Shown: positions 8,147 to 16,863, counted from the stretch's first letter. The stretch: DNA of 38,494 nucleotides from a virus (IMGVR_UViG_3300032608_000443:1-38494); one strand, 5' to 3'. A program made the numbers and translations. The notes: generated by a model not told the origin, from the letters alone.

Positions 8147-8251
8147 ATCGGAACTGATGAGTTGGGCGTACGCGTGGTCCTAGCAATCCAGCTGAGCACA
8201 CATAAAAATGCACCAAAATAAGCTAAATAAGCTAAAGGAAGGAGAAATAAT

Positions 8252-8908
8252 ATGGCCTATCGATTAAATATTGTTGATAGTAAAAATGGCCTGTCATTTA
8301 ATGTCAGGTACGAGAACTTAGCCAAAGCTAAGAGGCCAAGCATCACAGCCAGGAATAGTGATGGTAAAGAAATCAAGCAGGTAACTAAGTATGGTGATGA
8401 GATCTTGCAGAAAGGATCCACCAGGAAGGCCTGGGTAGATGACGCGGGCCAGGAGTACAGTAAAACAGAGCTTAACTTCTGGATAGATGAGCAGCAGGTA
8501 GAAGAGATAGATCAGACTAAGGTGTTTGATATTGAAGGCTTCCAGCCAGTCTGCAACTATACTGATACCTATGTTATCAGTGCTTACTATGAGGTCTATC
8601 CAGATAACAATGGCATGAAGAAGGACATAGATAGGCAGAAAGCAGAAGCAGCTAATAATACTCAGATGTATAAGCTATGGAAATACCTAGATGACAATCA
8701 GTTAGTAGCTAGGGGGGAATTTAATCCAGCGAGCCGTGGTTTTATAGCCAGCGATGGTTATATAAGAGCCATTAAAGTAGGAGGAGGTTGGGCATTGGAA
8801 ATTGGCGTTTTTAAAGAACAAAAAACATTTAATCATTTACAAGTTGGTGAACCCAAAGCAGTTAAGGTAAAATCTAAATCCAAAGGATCGCGAATTAAAT
8901 TAGTATGA
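8252..8908 (+). CDS. Probable divergent Ku-like DNA-end-binding protein
   Basis: TKVFDIEGFQP...YVISAYYEVYPD...MYKLWKYL...LVARGEF follows the prokaryotic Ku core pattern (ieIeeFVp..idpiy..pYyl.Pd...aY.lL..al....vaia.f); basic C-terminal tail. Confidence 0.55.
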   Translation: MAYRLNIVDSKNGLSFNVRYENLAKAKRPSITARNSDGKEIKQVTKYGDEILQKGSTRKAWVDDAGQEYSKTELNFWIDEQQVEEIDQTKVFDIEGFQPVCNYTDTYVISAYYEVYPDNNGMKKDIDRQKAEAANNTQMYKLWKYLDDNQLVARGEFNPASRGFIASDGYIRAIKVGGGWALEIGVFKEQKTFNHLQVGEPKAVKVKSKSKGSRIKLV

Positions 8909-8947
8909 CAGAATTCTCTTGACAAAACTGTCATGTTAAGTTACATC
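8905..8947 (+). promoter_or_regulatory. Sigma70-like promoter overlapped by an inverted repeat (candidate operator)
   Basis: TTGACA at 8919-8924 between ATGACAG (8905) and CTGTCAT (8928); the -10 is weak. Confidence 0.5.
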
Positions 8948-8992
8948 GGACTTTATAGTAGCAAAATTAACTAGTTGAAAGGAGGTGATAGT

Positions 8993-9358
8993 ATGAGCAG
9001 GAACAATAAGCTAACTCAAGTAGAGCGGGACTGGATCCAAGAACAATCCCAAGCAGGAATAGGTCCTGAAGTTATCCGGGATGAACTGTTCCACAAGTTT
9101 GGGAAGAAGATAACCCACTCTACTGTTTACTATTGGGGAGATCCTGAGTATCGGGAGAATGCTAAGAAAAACGCTAGAAGAAGAACCAGACGCGTTAAGC
9201 CTAGTACCCCTACCAGTAGTTGTAAGCACATCATTCTGGATGAGAGAAATATTGCTGACTTATTAGTAGGCGATATAGTATCTCTGAAAGGTGGTGTTAC
9301 CATTTCCTACCGTCATTCCCTAAATGACAAAGTAAAAGACTTCCTCGTATCCCTCTAA
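8993..9358 (+). CDS. HTH-type DNA-binding regulator
   Basis: AAGGAGGTG RBS; LTQVERDWI...IRDELFHKFGKKITHSTVYYW is a winged-HTH-like pattern. Confidence 0.65.
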   Translation: MSRNNKLTQVERDWIQEQSQAGIGPEVIRDELFHKFGKKITHSTVYYWGDPEYRENAKKNARRRTRRVKPSTPTSSCKHIILDERNIADLLVGDIVSLKGGVTISYRHSLNDKVKDFLVSL

Positions 9359-9365
9359 GTAACAA

Positions 9366-9394
9366 TGGCCCCCAGCTATTTCTAGTGGGGGCCA
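9366..9394. terminator. GC hairpin between convergent transcription units
   Basis: TGGCCCCCA...TGGGGGCCA. Confidence 0.65.
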
Positions 9395-9454
9395 CCTTTC
9401 CGATTCAATTAGCACTTCTATTTGGTACTATCAGTTATGGGATAACCACCTCCA

Positions 9455-9718
9455 TTAATCAAAGTATGTTGGTTTATTCTCCAACACCATATCAGCAAAG
9501 CGTTCTACATCATGCTGATAATATCCACAAACCTCTTTCCCATCAATCATTAGTACAGGACAAGTCTGTCCACCAATCCAATCATTAAACTTAGCCATAG
9601 TCCTCTGAGTCAGGTACTCCTTGACTTCGTCTTCGGTCATACCTAACTTCGAGTATTTTATTTTTTTAGGCTTGCGGCGTTTAACCGCGGAAGACCTAGG
9701 ATCAACTCTTCTCATCAT
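9455..9718 (-). CDS. Hypothetical phage protein
   Basis: FNDWIGGQTCP...YYQHDVERF; coupled to upstream ORF. Confidence 0.7.
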   Translation of the reverse strand: MMRRVDPRSSAVKRRKPKKIKYSKLGMTEDEVKEYLTQRTMAKFNDWIGGQTCPVLMIDGKEVCGYYQHDVERFADMVLENKPTYFD

Positions 9719-10209
9719 TTAGTAAGCCTCCACTTCTTCTTGTCACTCAAGAACCATGAGTGATCATCAGTCAAGTAGCTAAACACTACATTGTCTTTAG
9801 ATGTAGCACCTTTAAGATATGTCCAGCCAACACCTTTAGCATTAGTAGTAGTAGTACTAGTTATATCATCATCATAAACTTCAACCTCTTGTTCTTTTCT
9901 TGGATTCCCACCAACAAGCTTAGCTACTTCTTGATCTATCACCTCTTGAAGCGTTGGGTTGGTAACCGGTTCTGGTGTCTTCTCTTTCTCACTCTTCTCT
10001 GTACCAGTAAAAGCATTGTTAAATACTTCAGCTGCAAGTCGTTCTTGAGTTGCTCTAATCTTCTCCGTCATCTCATTTGGGCTAACACCTTTTGGTAGCG
10101 GTATCATTTGGCCGGGCTTAGGTAATTGCCAGCTAGTCCAACCTGTTATAAACGCCTGCTTCTTCATTTGGTCATGCTCCTCTTTACTTGTGTAACCTGT
10201 CATTGTCAT
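9715..10209 (-). CDS. Hypothetical protein with internal shared helix
   Basis: Contains TLQEVIDQEVAKLVGG. Confidence 0.65.
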   Translation of the reverse strand: MTMTGYTSKEEHDQMKKQAFITGWTSWQLPKPGQMIPLPKGVSPNEMTEKIRATQERLAAEVFNNAFTGTEKSEKEKTPEPVTNPTLQEVIDQEVAKLVGGNPRKEQEVEVYDDDITSTTTTNAKGVGWTYLKGATSKDNVVFSYLTDDHSWFLSDKKKWRLTK

Positions 10210-10231
10210 CTCCGTTTACTCCCCCTGTTGC

Positions 10232-10705
10232 TTACTCCACTCCCATTACAACTATTGGTACCATTAGAGTTACGAACACTGTGCCAACTGCCCAGGCAGC
10301 TCCACCCAACGTTGCCATGCTCAGTCCGATCAGCAATGCGATTGTCCCCCTGGTCATAAACGTTGCCAAGAAATCACTCTCACCACATATCTTATACCAG
10401 AATCTACCCAACGTTGAGCCCTCATCGGTGTCATCCGGGATCCCGTATCCAATTGTCAACGCCGCAAAGAATGGGATCACCGATAGCATTGGAACCCAAC
10501 GCCCCTGGTTAATGGAGCACGCAGCACATATAGCCAACGGCACGCCTACTCTCCTCCAACCCAACGATGTACCATGTGCACCACCGATTGCCCACAGCAG
10601 GGAGCTAGCGAACACTGCTATCAAACTCCACCAGCCCATAAAGTAAGCCCAACTAGCACCTACCACAAATCCAACACATAGTTCTTCTCTATTTAACTTC
10701 ATCAT
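10232..10705 (-). CDS. Multi-pass membrane protein
   Basis: 4-5 hydrophobic segments; GYG motif. Confidence 0.7.
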   Translation of the reverse strand: MMKLNREELCVGFVVGASWAYFMGWWSLIAVFASSLLWAIGGAHGTSLGWRRVGVPLAICAACSINQGRWVPMLSVIPFFAALTIGYGIPDDTDEGSTLGRFWYKICGESDFLATFMTRGTIALLIGLSMATLGGAAWAVGTVFVTLMVPIVVMGVE

Positions 10706-10901
10706 TCTTTCCTTTCTTAAGCACCACTGTGGGTATGATGACTAGGTGCTCAGCCAAGGCATGGCCCTCAGTCCACTCTACCGCTTCCGGTAAGGTCTCA
10801 CAGTGCTTAGAAATTACTAGTTCATTACCCCCAAAGATACCGCATACTAAATAACTAGGCCTAACCTTTTTAAAAGCATCATTCTTCGTTACTTGAACCA
10901 T
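10689..10901 (-). CDS. Hypothetical protein
   Basis: Overlapping operon ORF. Confidence 0.55.
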   Translation of the reverse strand: MVQVTKNDAFKKVRPSYLVCGIFGGNELVISKHCETLPEAVEWTEGHALAEHLVIIPTVVLKKGKNDEVK

Positions 10902-11094
10902 TTTCTAATCCTTCCCCAGAGCGTATTATTCGCTCCGCTTCCTCTAACGCTTGGACACTGGCCATGTTCCGGGACAGCTTGATTGCCCGGACTAAGAGCT
11001 GGCGTATGAACTTCAGGTGTCTTAACCTTAAGTCCCATATCTTTATCTGAGTGCCCCCGTTCTCCGTTGTTATCGTAAGTTCTAATTCTACCAC
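10879..11094 (-). CDS. Hypothetical protein
   Basis: GGGG RBS-like stretch; protein-like composition. Confidence 0.5.
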   Translation of the reverse strand: MVELELTITTENGGTQIKIWDLRLRHLKFIRQLLVRAIKLSRNMASVQALEEAERIIRSGEGLENGSSNEE

Positions 11095-11190
11095 CGAAAG
11101 CCCCTTTCTGGTTAACTATCCTACCCGTTCTCCTGCTATTCTTTGGGGCCATACCCCTTCTAACCGTAGTAACCTTAGCCATTTACCCTC

Positions 11191-11448
11191 CTATAATCCT
11201 GTGCAGTCCCAAATTACATCCTCAACATCCTCAAGGATATCGTCATCATCATCGTCCTTCAACGCTTTCTTTGCGTGATCAAACTGCTCTTTAGTAATCG
11301 GTGGTAAGGGCGTACCCTTCTTAATAATCCACTGCCTCATTAGTTCTAATGTCATAGCAATCTCGCTGTCCTTCATCAGTTTAACCCAACGCATACTATT
11401 GCTAAGATGAAGCCAATAATGCCACCTATTAAACCTATAACCAAGCAC
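11191..11448 (-). CDS. Hypothetical protein with acidic tail
   Basis: Operon position. Confidence 0.5.
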   Translation of the reverse strand: MLGYRFNRWHYWLHLSNSMRWVKLMKDSEIAMTLELMRQWIIKKGTPLPPITKEQFDHAKKALKDDDDDDILEDVEDVIWDCTGL

Positions 11449-11860
11449 TCGAATCTAGTATTTCCCATACACATATGAAACCCCTTTGGTTTTTACCCTT
11501 GAAGCAGGCTACTGGAAAGAGATCTGGGTTATAACGCTTGGCCTGATCCAACGTTGACGTAATAAACTGAGCTTGATTGGACTTCTTTGGTACTGTAACC
11601 AACGCATGTACATTTGGCTTCACCCCTTCAATCTTCACAAACTGTTCAGGGGTGACTACGAATCTCCTGTCAACTACTTTCAGGAGCGTTGGGTCCTTCA
11701 CATTCAGGTATTTAGGTAACTTTGACCTGTACTTACACTCAATACTGAAGCGTGGATGGCTCATGTCACCTGCCACCTCATCATAGCTAACTCTTACTAT
11801 GCGGGTTGCACCAAAGAACTCCGAGACCTCTTTCTCAAACTGCTTCCAAGCTTTACCCAT
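11435..11860 (-). CDS. Holliday junction resolvase-like PD-(D/E)XK nuclease
   Basis: WKQFEKEV...GD...SIECK...QAKR. Confidence 0.7.
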   Translation of the reverse strand: MGKAWKQFEKEVSEFFGATRIVRVSYDEVAGDMSHPRFSIECKYRSKLPKYLNVKDPTLLKVVDRRFVVTPEQFVKIEGVKPNVHALVTVPKKSNQAQFITSTLDQAKRYNPDLFPVACFKGKNQRGFICVWEILDSSAWL

Positions 11861-12122
11861 TGGTTAACCTCCACTCATACATAGCGGCTTCTTGTTCAGT
11901 TACCCTGAGTACATACTTAGCATCCCCATCATGGCAGGCACGACAAAGGCCTTTAGCACAGAATACTGAAGCCATAAACAACGGGAACAGCTTCTGGTTA
12001 GTCTTAGTGTTGGGTAAGCAGTGATGCACATCTACCATACGTGATTCGCATAACTTGCATCTTCCGTTTTGGGCTTCGTAGATGTCGTCTCTGACTTCCC
12101 TTGAAAATCCCTTTTCTTCCAT
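11853..12122 (-). CDS. HNH-like endonuclease / Zn-binding protein
   Basis: CKLC...DVHH...LCRACH. Confidence 0.7.
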   Translation of the reverse strand: MEEKGFSREVRDDIYEAQNGRCKLCESRMVDVHHCLPNTKTNQKLFPLFMASVFCAKGLCRACHDGDAKYVLRVTEQEAAMYEWRLTNG

Positions 12123-12565
12123 AGCACTACCTCCCCACAGATTATGTCCCTTGGATAACTATTATATATCTCCCAACACTGGCGGCCCCTATCAGACTCA
12201 TCCCATGTCAACCAAGTATCAATGTACCGTTCCAACGCCCTAACGTTGGATAGATTCTGTGCCGCAGCATGCCATAGCTTCTCATAGTATTTAACCACAT
12301 CAGTATCTTTATTAATAATATCAAGTATCTGTGCCTTCTCAGCATTAGGACGCTTCTTAAACTTCAATGAGTTCTTATCTTTCTGGAATTCTACTAGCTT
12401 GAAGGGCCGGGATGGTAAGGGTTGGTACTTAAGCTCATCCAGGGAGTCCAACGCTATCTCAGCCAACAGTACTTCCAGCTCTTCATGACTGTTGGAGTTA
12501 TCCCAAGCAGAGTGACACTGCCCGCTTACTTCTTTAGAGGTTAGCTTCTTAAAGTCAATGTTCAT
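12032..12565 (-). CDS. Hypothetical protein
   Basis: Long ORF in operon. Confidence 0.6.
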   Translation of the reverse strand: MNIDFKKLTSKEVSGQCHSAWDNSNSHEELEVLLAEIALDSLDELKYQPLPSRPFKLVEFQKDKNSLKFKKRPNAEKAQILDIINKDTDVVKYYEKLWHAAAQNLSNVRALERYIDTWLTWDESDRGRQCWEIYNSYPRDIICGEVVLWKKRDFQGKSETTSTKPKTEDASYANHVW

Positions 12566-12803
12566 TGAGCCTCCTAACTTCTTGGTCTATAACATCTTGG
12601 AGAGTCTGTTCACCCAATGGTTCAATATCCCCCTTTAAATATGAACCATACCGATCAGGATCAGACTTCTGTGTATAGCGCATTTGAGGCATTGGTTGTT
12701 GTGTGCCAGTAGTAGTTGAGCTTAGCTGTTGGTAATCTCCATTACCTGCAGTTTCAGCTGCATCTCTCCAATCTTTCCATCCATAATCACCTGTTCCCAT
12801 CAT
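12555..12803 (-). CDS. Hypothetical protein with shared C-terminal helix
   Basis: Ends TLQDVIDQEVRRLNEH. Confidence 0.65.
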   Translation of the reverse strand: MMGTGDYGWKDWRDAAETAGNGDYQQLSSTTTGTQQPMPQMRYTQKSDPDRYGSYLKGDIEPLGEQTLQDVIDQEVRRLNEH

Positions 12804-13267
12804 ATCCTCCCTAATAGTTTAACCTGTTTGTCTACAGCCATTTGTACCTTTTCTTCTAAGGTCTTAGGCATAACAAAGGGGTTATGGTTGCCTACTTTTG
12901 GTATTGGTGGTGGTTTACTACTTAGTAATTTAAGTGCAGCTGGTACTAATGATGGTGGTACTAGCAACACTGGTTCATTTGGATTAGGCATATTTCTAAT
13001 CGCTTCTACATCTGCACTGTTATTCACCTCACCATACAATGATATCCTGGTATCACAACGGAGACAAATGATCTCTAAATCCGTTTCGCACCATGCTGTA
13101 CCATCTACTTTCTTACAGATAGGGCACCAGAATTGAGCTCGGTAATACTTAGTACCATTAACTGTTTTACTCTCCCCAAATGATGGGGCAGTGCTCTTAA
13201 GCATAGTTGGCCCAGTACTAGCTGATAGCTTCTTCATCTTAGTTCTAAAAGAGGCTTTTGTCGTCAT
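12800..13267 (-). CDS. Zn-finger protein with shared C-terminal helix
   Basis: CPIC...CLRC; Pro-rich linker; ends VQMAVDKQVKLLGRI. Confidence 0.65.
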   Translation of the reverse strand: MTTKASFRTKMKKLSASTGPTMLKSTAPSFGESKTVNGTKYYRAQFWCPICKKVDGTAWCETDLEIICLRCDTRISLYGEVNNSADVEAIRNMPNPNEPVLLVPPSLVPAALKLLSSKPPPIPKVGNHNPFVMPKTLEEKVQMAVDKQVKLLGRI

Positions 13268-14018
13268 AGTTTCCCTCCAGTGCCTTTACATAATTATCAT
13301 CATTAGCTATAAACCAGTCAATACCAAAGGGTTGGCCAGTTCTGTTGTTGCCTAAGCAGAAGCCTGAGTTAGCCATCTTACCCAACGCGGCTTCCCAGTT
13401 GTCCTTGAAGTGTTGGTTCTTAAGTCTAGCTATAATCTTAGCAGTCCGGGCCTTGCTAATAGTGGCCACCTTCTTCAATTCAGTTGAGTTCCACTTATTT
13501 ACAATATAGCTTAATACTTCTTTATTACTTATTAAGTCTTTCTTGATAATATTATTGTTTACTTTATTAGCTTTTCTTATTACTTTATTAGTTCTATTAG
13601 TATTAAAAGCTTCTTCTTCTTCTTCTTGTACCCTAACGGTTACCTTACCTAGATAGGGTAGCTTGTTAGGGTAACTAGATAGGTTAAGACCATGTCTCTT
13701 GATTAGCTTCAAAACAGTCTTATGTGGAGCACAAGTAGCTGATAAGCAACCATATTGATATTCAATGAAGTGGGGTAAGTGCCATTTACCTGATGGTAGG
13801 ACTACTAACCGCTCTTTACCTTCATTAAATATCTCTAATATCTCCTCTACGCTAAGTGGTGTCCCTACATAAAAGCTAGCTAAACCTATATCCTCTTTCC
13901 ATACCCCTGCCTTATCACATTCATCTAAGATGTATGCCCAGAAGACTTTATACTGCATTGGTAGCCTTCTAAACCAGGGATCTTGCCATTTCTCCGTCTC
14001 AGTAAACCGCTTCATCAC
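13245..14018 (-). CDS. Phage replication initiator / replisome organizer
   Basis: KRFTETEKWQDPWFRRL...YILDECDKAG N-terminal domain; C-terminal WN...R...FCLG...IDWF...NYVKALEGNYDD. Confidence 0.75.
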   Translation of the reverse strand: MMKRFTETEKWQDPWFRRLPMQYKVFWAYILDECDKAGVWKEDIGLASFYVGTPLSVEEILEIFNEGKERLVVLPSGKWHLPHFIEYQYGCLSATCAPHKTVLKLIKRHGLNLSSYPNKLPYLGKVTVRVQEEEEEAFNTNRTNKVIRKANKVNNNIIKKDLISNKEVLSYIVNKWNSTELKKVATISKARTAKIIARLKNQHFKDNWEAALGKMANSGFCLGNNRTGQPFGIDWFIANDDNYVKALEGNYDDKSLF

Positions 14019-14129
14019 ATCCCCCGTATCAGCTTCATAACCAGCTTTGTCCAGTGATAGCTATCAGTATCGCCCTTAATAACCCAATTACAACTGCTAG
14101 CTGTACAATTAGTATTATTCTAGTTATCA

Positions 14130-14294
14130 TCACTCCCCCTCTTCAAACAACTTATCCAACCCAGTCATAAGGACACACTTTACAGCTGCAATCATATCTT
14201 CTATCAGCTTTGCATCTAATGTTTTCTTCCTATGTTGCCTTAAACAATAGACTTGTGCCATTTTCTCCAATAGCTTTTTTTCAAAGTTACTCAT
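14130..14294 (-). CDS. Small hypothetical protein, 54 aa (not in ORF track)
   Basis: ATGA overlap; MSNFEKKLLEKMAQVYC...EEGE*. Confidence 0.55.
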   Translation of the reverse strand: MSNFEKKLLEKMAQVYCLRQHRKKTLDAKLIEDMIAAVKCVLMTGLDKLFEEGE

Positions 14295-14650
14295 ACACCC
14301 CCCAATACTTTTACTTGTTGATCTATAACGTCTTGTAGTGATTTAGGTTCCTTAGGAGGAGCTTGTATCTTACGACTAAGATTAGCTATCTCCTCACCAA
14401 GCTGGTCCTTTACTGAAGCTAGCATTGGCTTATTGTTAACCGTAGGTATATTTAATCTATGCTGACAGAACATACGTTTCTGTATTTGTCTTTGGTTTGT
14501 ATTTACTGGCTTAGCTCTCCGTCTTAAGTACTCCTCAAGCAGCTCCCGTAACTCCATTATCTGTTTTACATGGTCACTTACAGCCATCTGATCCCCTCCT
14601 ACAATGCCCTTTTTTAGCGATTTCAACTCATTTCTCCCTTGTTCTAGCAA
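14291..14650 (-). CDS. Hypothetical protein with shared C-terminal helix (true start probably MAVSDH, ~14587)
   Basis: AGGAGG before internal ATG; ends SLQDVIDQQVKVLGGV. Confidence 0.65.
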   Translation of the reverse strand: MLEQGRNELKSLKKGIVGGDQMAVSDHVKQIMELRELLEEYLRRRAKPVNTNQRQIQKRMFCQHRLNIPTVNNKPMLASVKDQLGEEIANLSRKIQAPPKEPKSLQDVIDQQVKVLGGV

Positions 14651-14796
14651 AAACTATTGTTGACCCATACCCTACTATACCCCAAGAATAATTTACTGAA
14701 AAACAGGGGGGTAAAACGTGATTTATTTCTTAGCCCCAAACAACCAACGCATCATCTTCTTCCAGCTTATCCTGACTGTCCACATGAATTCCCAGT

Positions 14797-15114
14797 TCAT
14801 ACTTCCTCATAAGTTAGTTTAAATATGTCTGGTTTACAAGGATACTTTTCTTTTTTAATTCCCACAATTATCCAATCACCTGGACAAACATTATGTCCCC
14901 CTTCAAGGGTATCTATCCAACCATGATTGTGCATAATATCGCCGCAATGCTTACATTTAATTTTCCCGCTAACATTAGACCTGTAATATCCTACATCCAA
15001 ATGATAAATTGGCATATCTTCTGGGGTAATTCCGTGCCCTGCTTCTCTATCATATTCGACTTTGAACCATTGCTCTGCCTCAATCACTACTGGTTTCTTG
15101 CGGTATTTCTTCAT
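14797..15114 (-). CDS. PGDYG-like phage protein with Zn-ribbon insert
   Basis: KYRKKPVVIEAEQW...IDTLEG...PGDWII...YPCKPDIF..TYE. Confidence 0.75.
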   Translation of the reverse strand: MKKYRKKPVVIEAEQWFKVEYDREAGHGITPEDMPIYHLDVGYYRSNVSGKIKCKHCGDIMHNHGWIDTLEGGHNVCPGDWIIVGIKKEKYPCKPDIFKLTYEEV

Positions 15115-15264
15115 ATCGCTCGCCTCACTTCCTCATCAAAGATATAAATGGAAGTAATCTTCAGATTTTCTTCCCCGATAAGTTTCTGGTTTCTCAATAT
15201 CCCAAACTATAAATTCGTTTTGTTTTGCTCTTGTAGGATACCACGCTGTTCCAAAGGTTTTCAT

Positions 15265-15549
15265 CTACCTACCCCTTAAGGCTTCAAGGTACTCTTCTCT
15301 TTCTCTCAACCGTTGCCTTTCTGCTCTTGTATTCTCAATCTTAGCGCGTTCCTGCTTTTCCCTCTCACCTCGTGGCCAGAGCTTGACTACCCCGTTGGCA
15401 TCAAAGTACCACTTCAAGTGGCCATTCTCATCTACTTCATATAATGTACCATCTTCCGTTTTAGTGTAGTGTTGGCCATCAAGATAGACTGTATCAGCAT
15501 AAGCTAGGCTTGCACTTAATAGGAAAATAACTACTAAGACTCACCTCAT
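15265..15549 (-). pseudogene. Secreted protein ORF with TGA at codon 3
   Basis: ATG AGG TGA then VLVVIFLLSASLAYA-DTVYLDGQHY..., open to TAG at 15265. Confidence 0.55.
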
Positions 15550-15887
15550 TTCTTCCTCAGGACTAGTATCCCAAGTATGACCACAGGTGCCCAGGTCAGT
15601 AACCCAATAAGGTTACCATGTACTGAGTACCCCTGTAATGCCTCAGCTATCATGTACAGCATAGTAGCCAATGTTACTACGATTGTGTATATCGCTAGTA
15701 CTTTCATATTGACCTCCTCCTTCTTTCCCGGCCATACTCAGGCTTAGGTTGTGGGTTCTCTAACTTCTCCTTAGCTATAGCCTTGGCCCTAGTATCCTGC
15801 TTCATACGTAGCTTCTCATAGTGGAACTTGTATCTTTCTTTCTTGTAAGCGTTAGCACCTAATCTCTTACCCATTACTTCTCCTCTT

Positions 15888-15950
15888 AGAGCGGGTGGGG
15901 TAAGGCAGACCTGGCATCTAACCTTACCCCTTTTTCCCGCCTGTTGCTCT
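15888..15950 (-). terminator. Hairpin downstream of the SSB gene
   Basis: GCGGG-T-GGGGTAAGG / CCTTACCCC-TTTTT-CCCGC. Confidence 0.45.
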
Positions 15951-15960
15951 AGGTAGGCAC

Positions 15961-16401
15961 CTAGAAAGGACAGCTTTTATCCTCTACTTGAATATCAGGC
16001 TTAATTAAATATTCACCTGTAATGGCATAGCCTTCTACCTTGTTGTTATTGTACTGCTCATTGAACTTTACTGTCCAGTATACGGTTCTGTGATTGCACT
16101 GGTCAAGTATCTTATTGAATGCAGGGCTACTTACTTCCATGTCCGGCACCTCTTCAAGATCCAGGCCACAGGAGTTAACCAGCGTAGCTAGTCTCCAGAG
16201 AGAACCCTCAGTAAGTGGTGTATGGTCTACTATCTTACCACCCTTATGCTCTTCTGGTTCCTGTATCTCAGCAAACCAACGGATCTGCTTAGTACCAGTC
16301 TTAGCTTCACATGGTTCCCAGCCAGTTATCTCAACCTTGTAAGTTCCATCAGGATAGATCTGGCGATCCCCACCTGATTCCTTCTTCCAACTCATCTTCA
16401 T
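15961..16401 (-). CDS. DUF669-like single-stranded DNA-binding protein
   Basis: YPDGTYKVEI...KTG...LWRLATL; acidic C-terminus ending PF; lies near the Sak4-like gene. Confidence 0.7.
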   Translation of the reverse strand: MKMSWKKESGGDRQIYPDGTYKVEITGWEPCEAKTGTKQIRWFAEIQEPEEHKGGKIVDHTPLTEGSLWRLATLVNSCGLDLEEVPDMEVSSPAFNKILDQCNHRTVYWTVKFNEQYNNNKVEGYAITGEYLIKPDIQVEDKSCPF

Positions 16402-16553
16402 TTCTCCCCCTTCTCTAAGCATACCGGGCACAGCTCTCTAGTGGGCCTTACCGGTAACTTTTCATCTTGTTCACTGTACTTATAGGTTTCAACGTATCTT
16501 GCATCAACTGACTCCAATTGTTTCTTACACTCATCACACAATCTAACTAGCAT
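16398..16553 (-). CDS. Small Zn-finger protein, 51 aa (not in ORF track)
   Basis: CDECKK...ELCPVC; ATGA overlap with SSB. Confidence 0.65.
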   Translation of the reverse strand: MLVRLCDECKKQLESVDARYVETYKYSEQDEKLPVRPTRELCPVCLEKGEK

Positions 16554-16863
16554 CTGATACCCCTTTTTTTATCGATTTCAGTTTCTCAAGACCGGCAGCT
16601 TTGATCTTTTCTTTCTTAGCTGGGTCCATGGTAGCCCAAGTTTTCTTCGCCTTCCATTCATACTTCGTAAGTCCTTGTCGTGGAAGGAGTACTGGATAGT
16701 TAGCTGCAATCTTCATTCTGATTGATTTGAAAGCAGTGCATTTAGGATCATCTGGCAAAACAACTCGCTTGTCAAGATCAGGATCTAATGGACATTTATT
16801 AGATGAACACCAGTCAAACCTAGGACACTCCTTATACGGTTGTATCTCTTTCATCATGCACAC
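16543..16863 (-). CDS. Cys-rich hypothetical phage protein
   Basis: CPRFDWCSSNKCPLDP...C. Confidence 0.65.
   Translation of the reverse strand: MCMMKEIQPYKECPRFDWCSSNKCPLDPDLDKRVVLPDDPKCTAFKSIRMKIAANYPVLLPRQGLTKYEWKAKKTWATMDPAKKEKIKAAGLEKLKSIKKGVSDAS

Noticed and set aside
6048-8200. CRISPR, TIGR array or SECIS interpretation of E1/E2
   Set aside because: No periodic repeat-spacer units, no Cas or Nop-domain gene recognised, and no in-frame UGA in the adjacent genes.
8004-8252. Readthrough fusion of vWA and Ku into a Ku70-like protein
   Set aside because: The two ORFs are in different frames (239-nt gap) and the Ku-like gene has its own strong RBS.
15111-15170. Seventh copy of the shared helix (IFDEEVRRAI)
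   Set aside because: It lies in a frame without a start and would need a frameshift; the match is weak.
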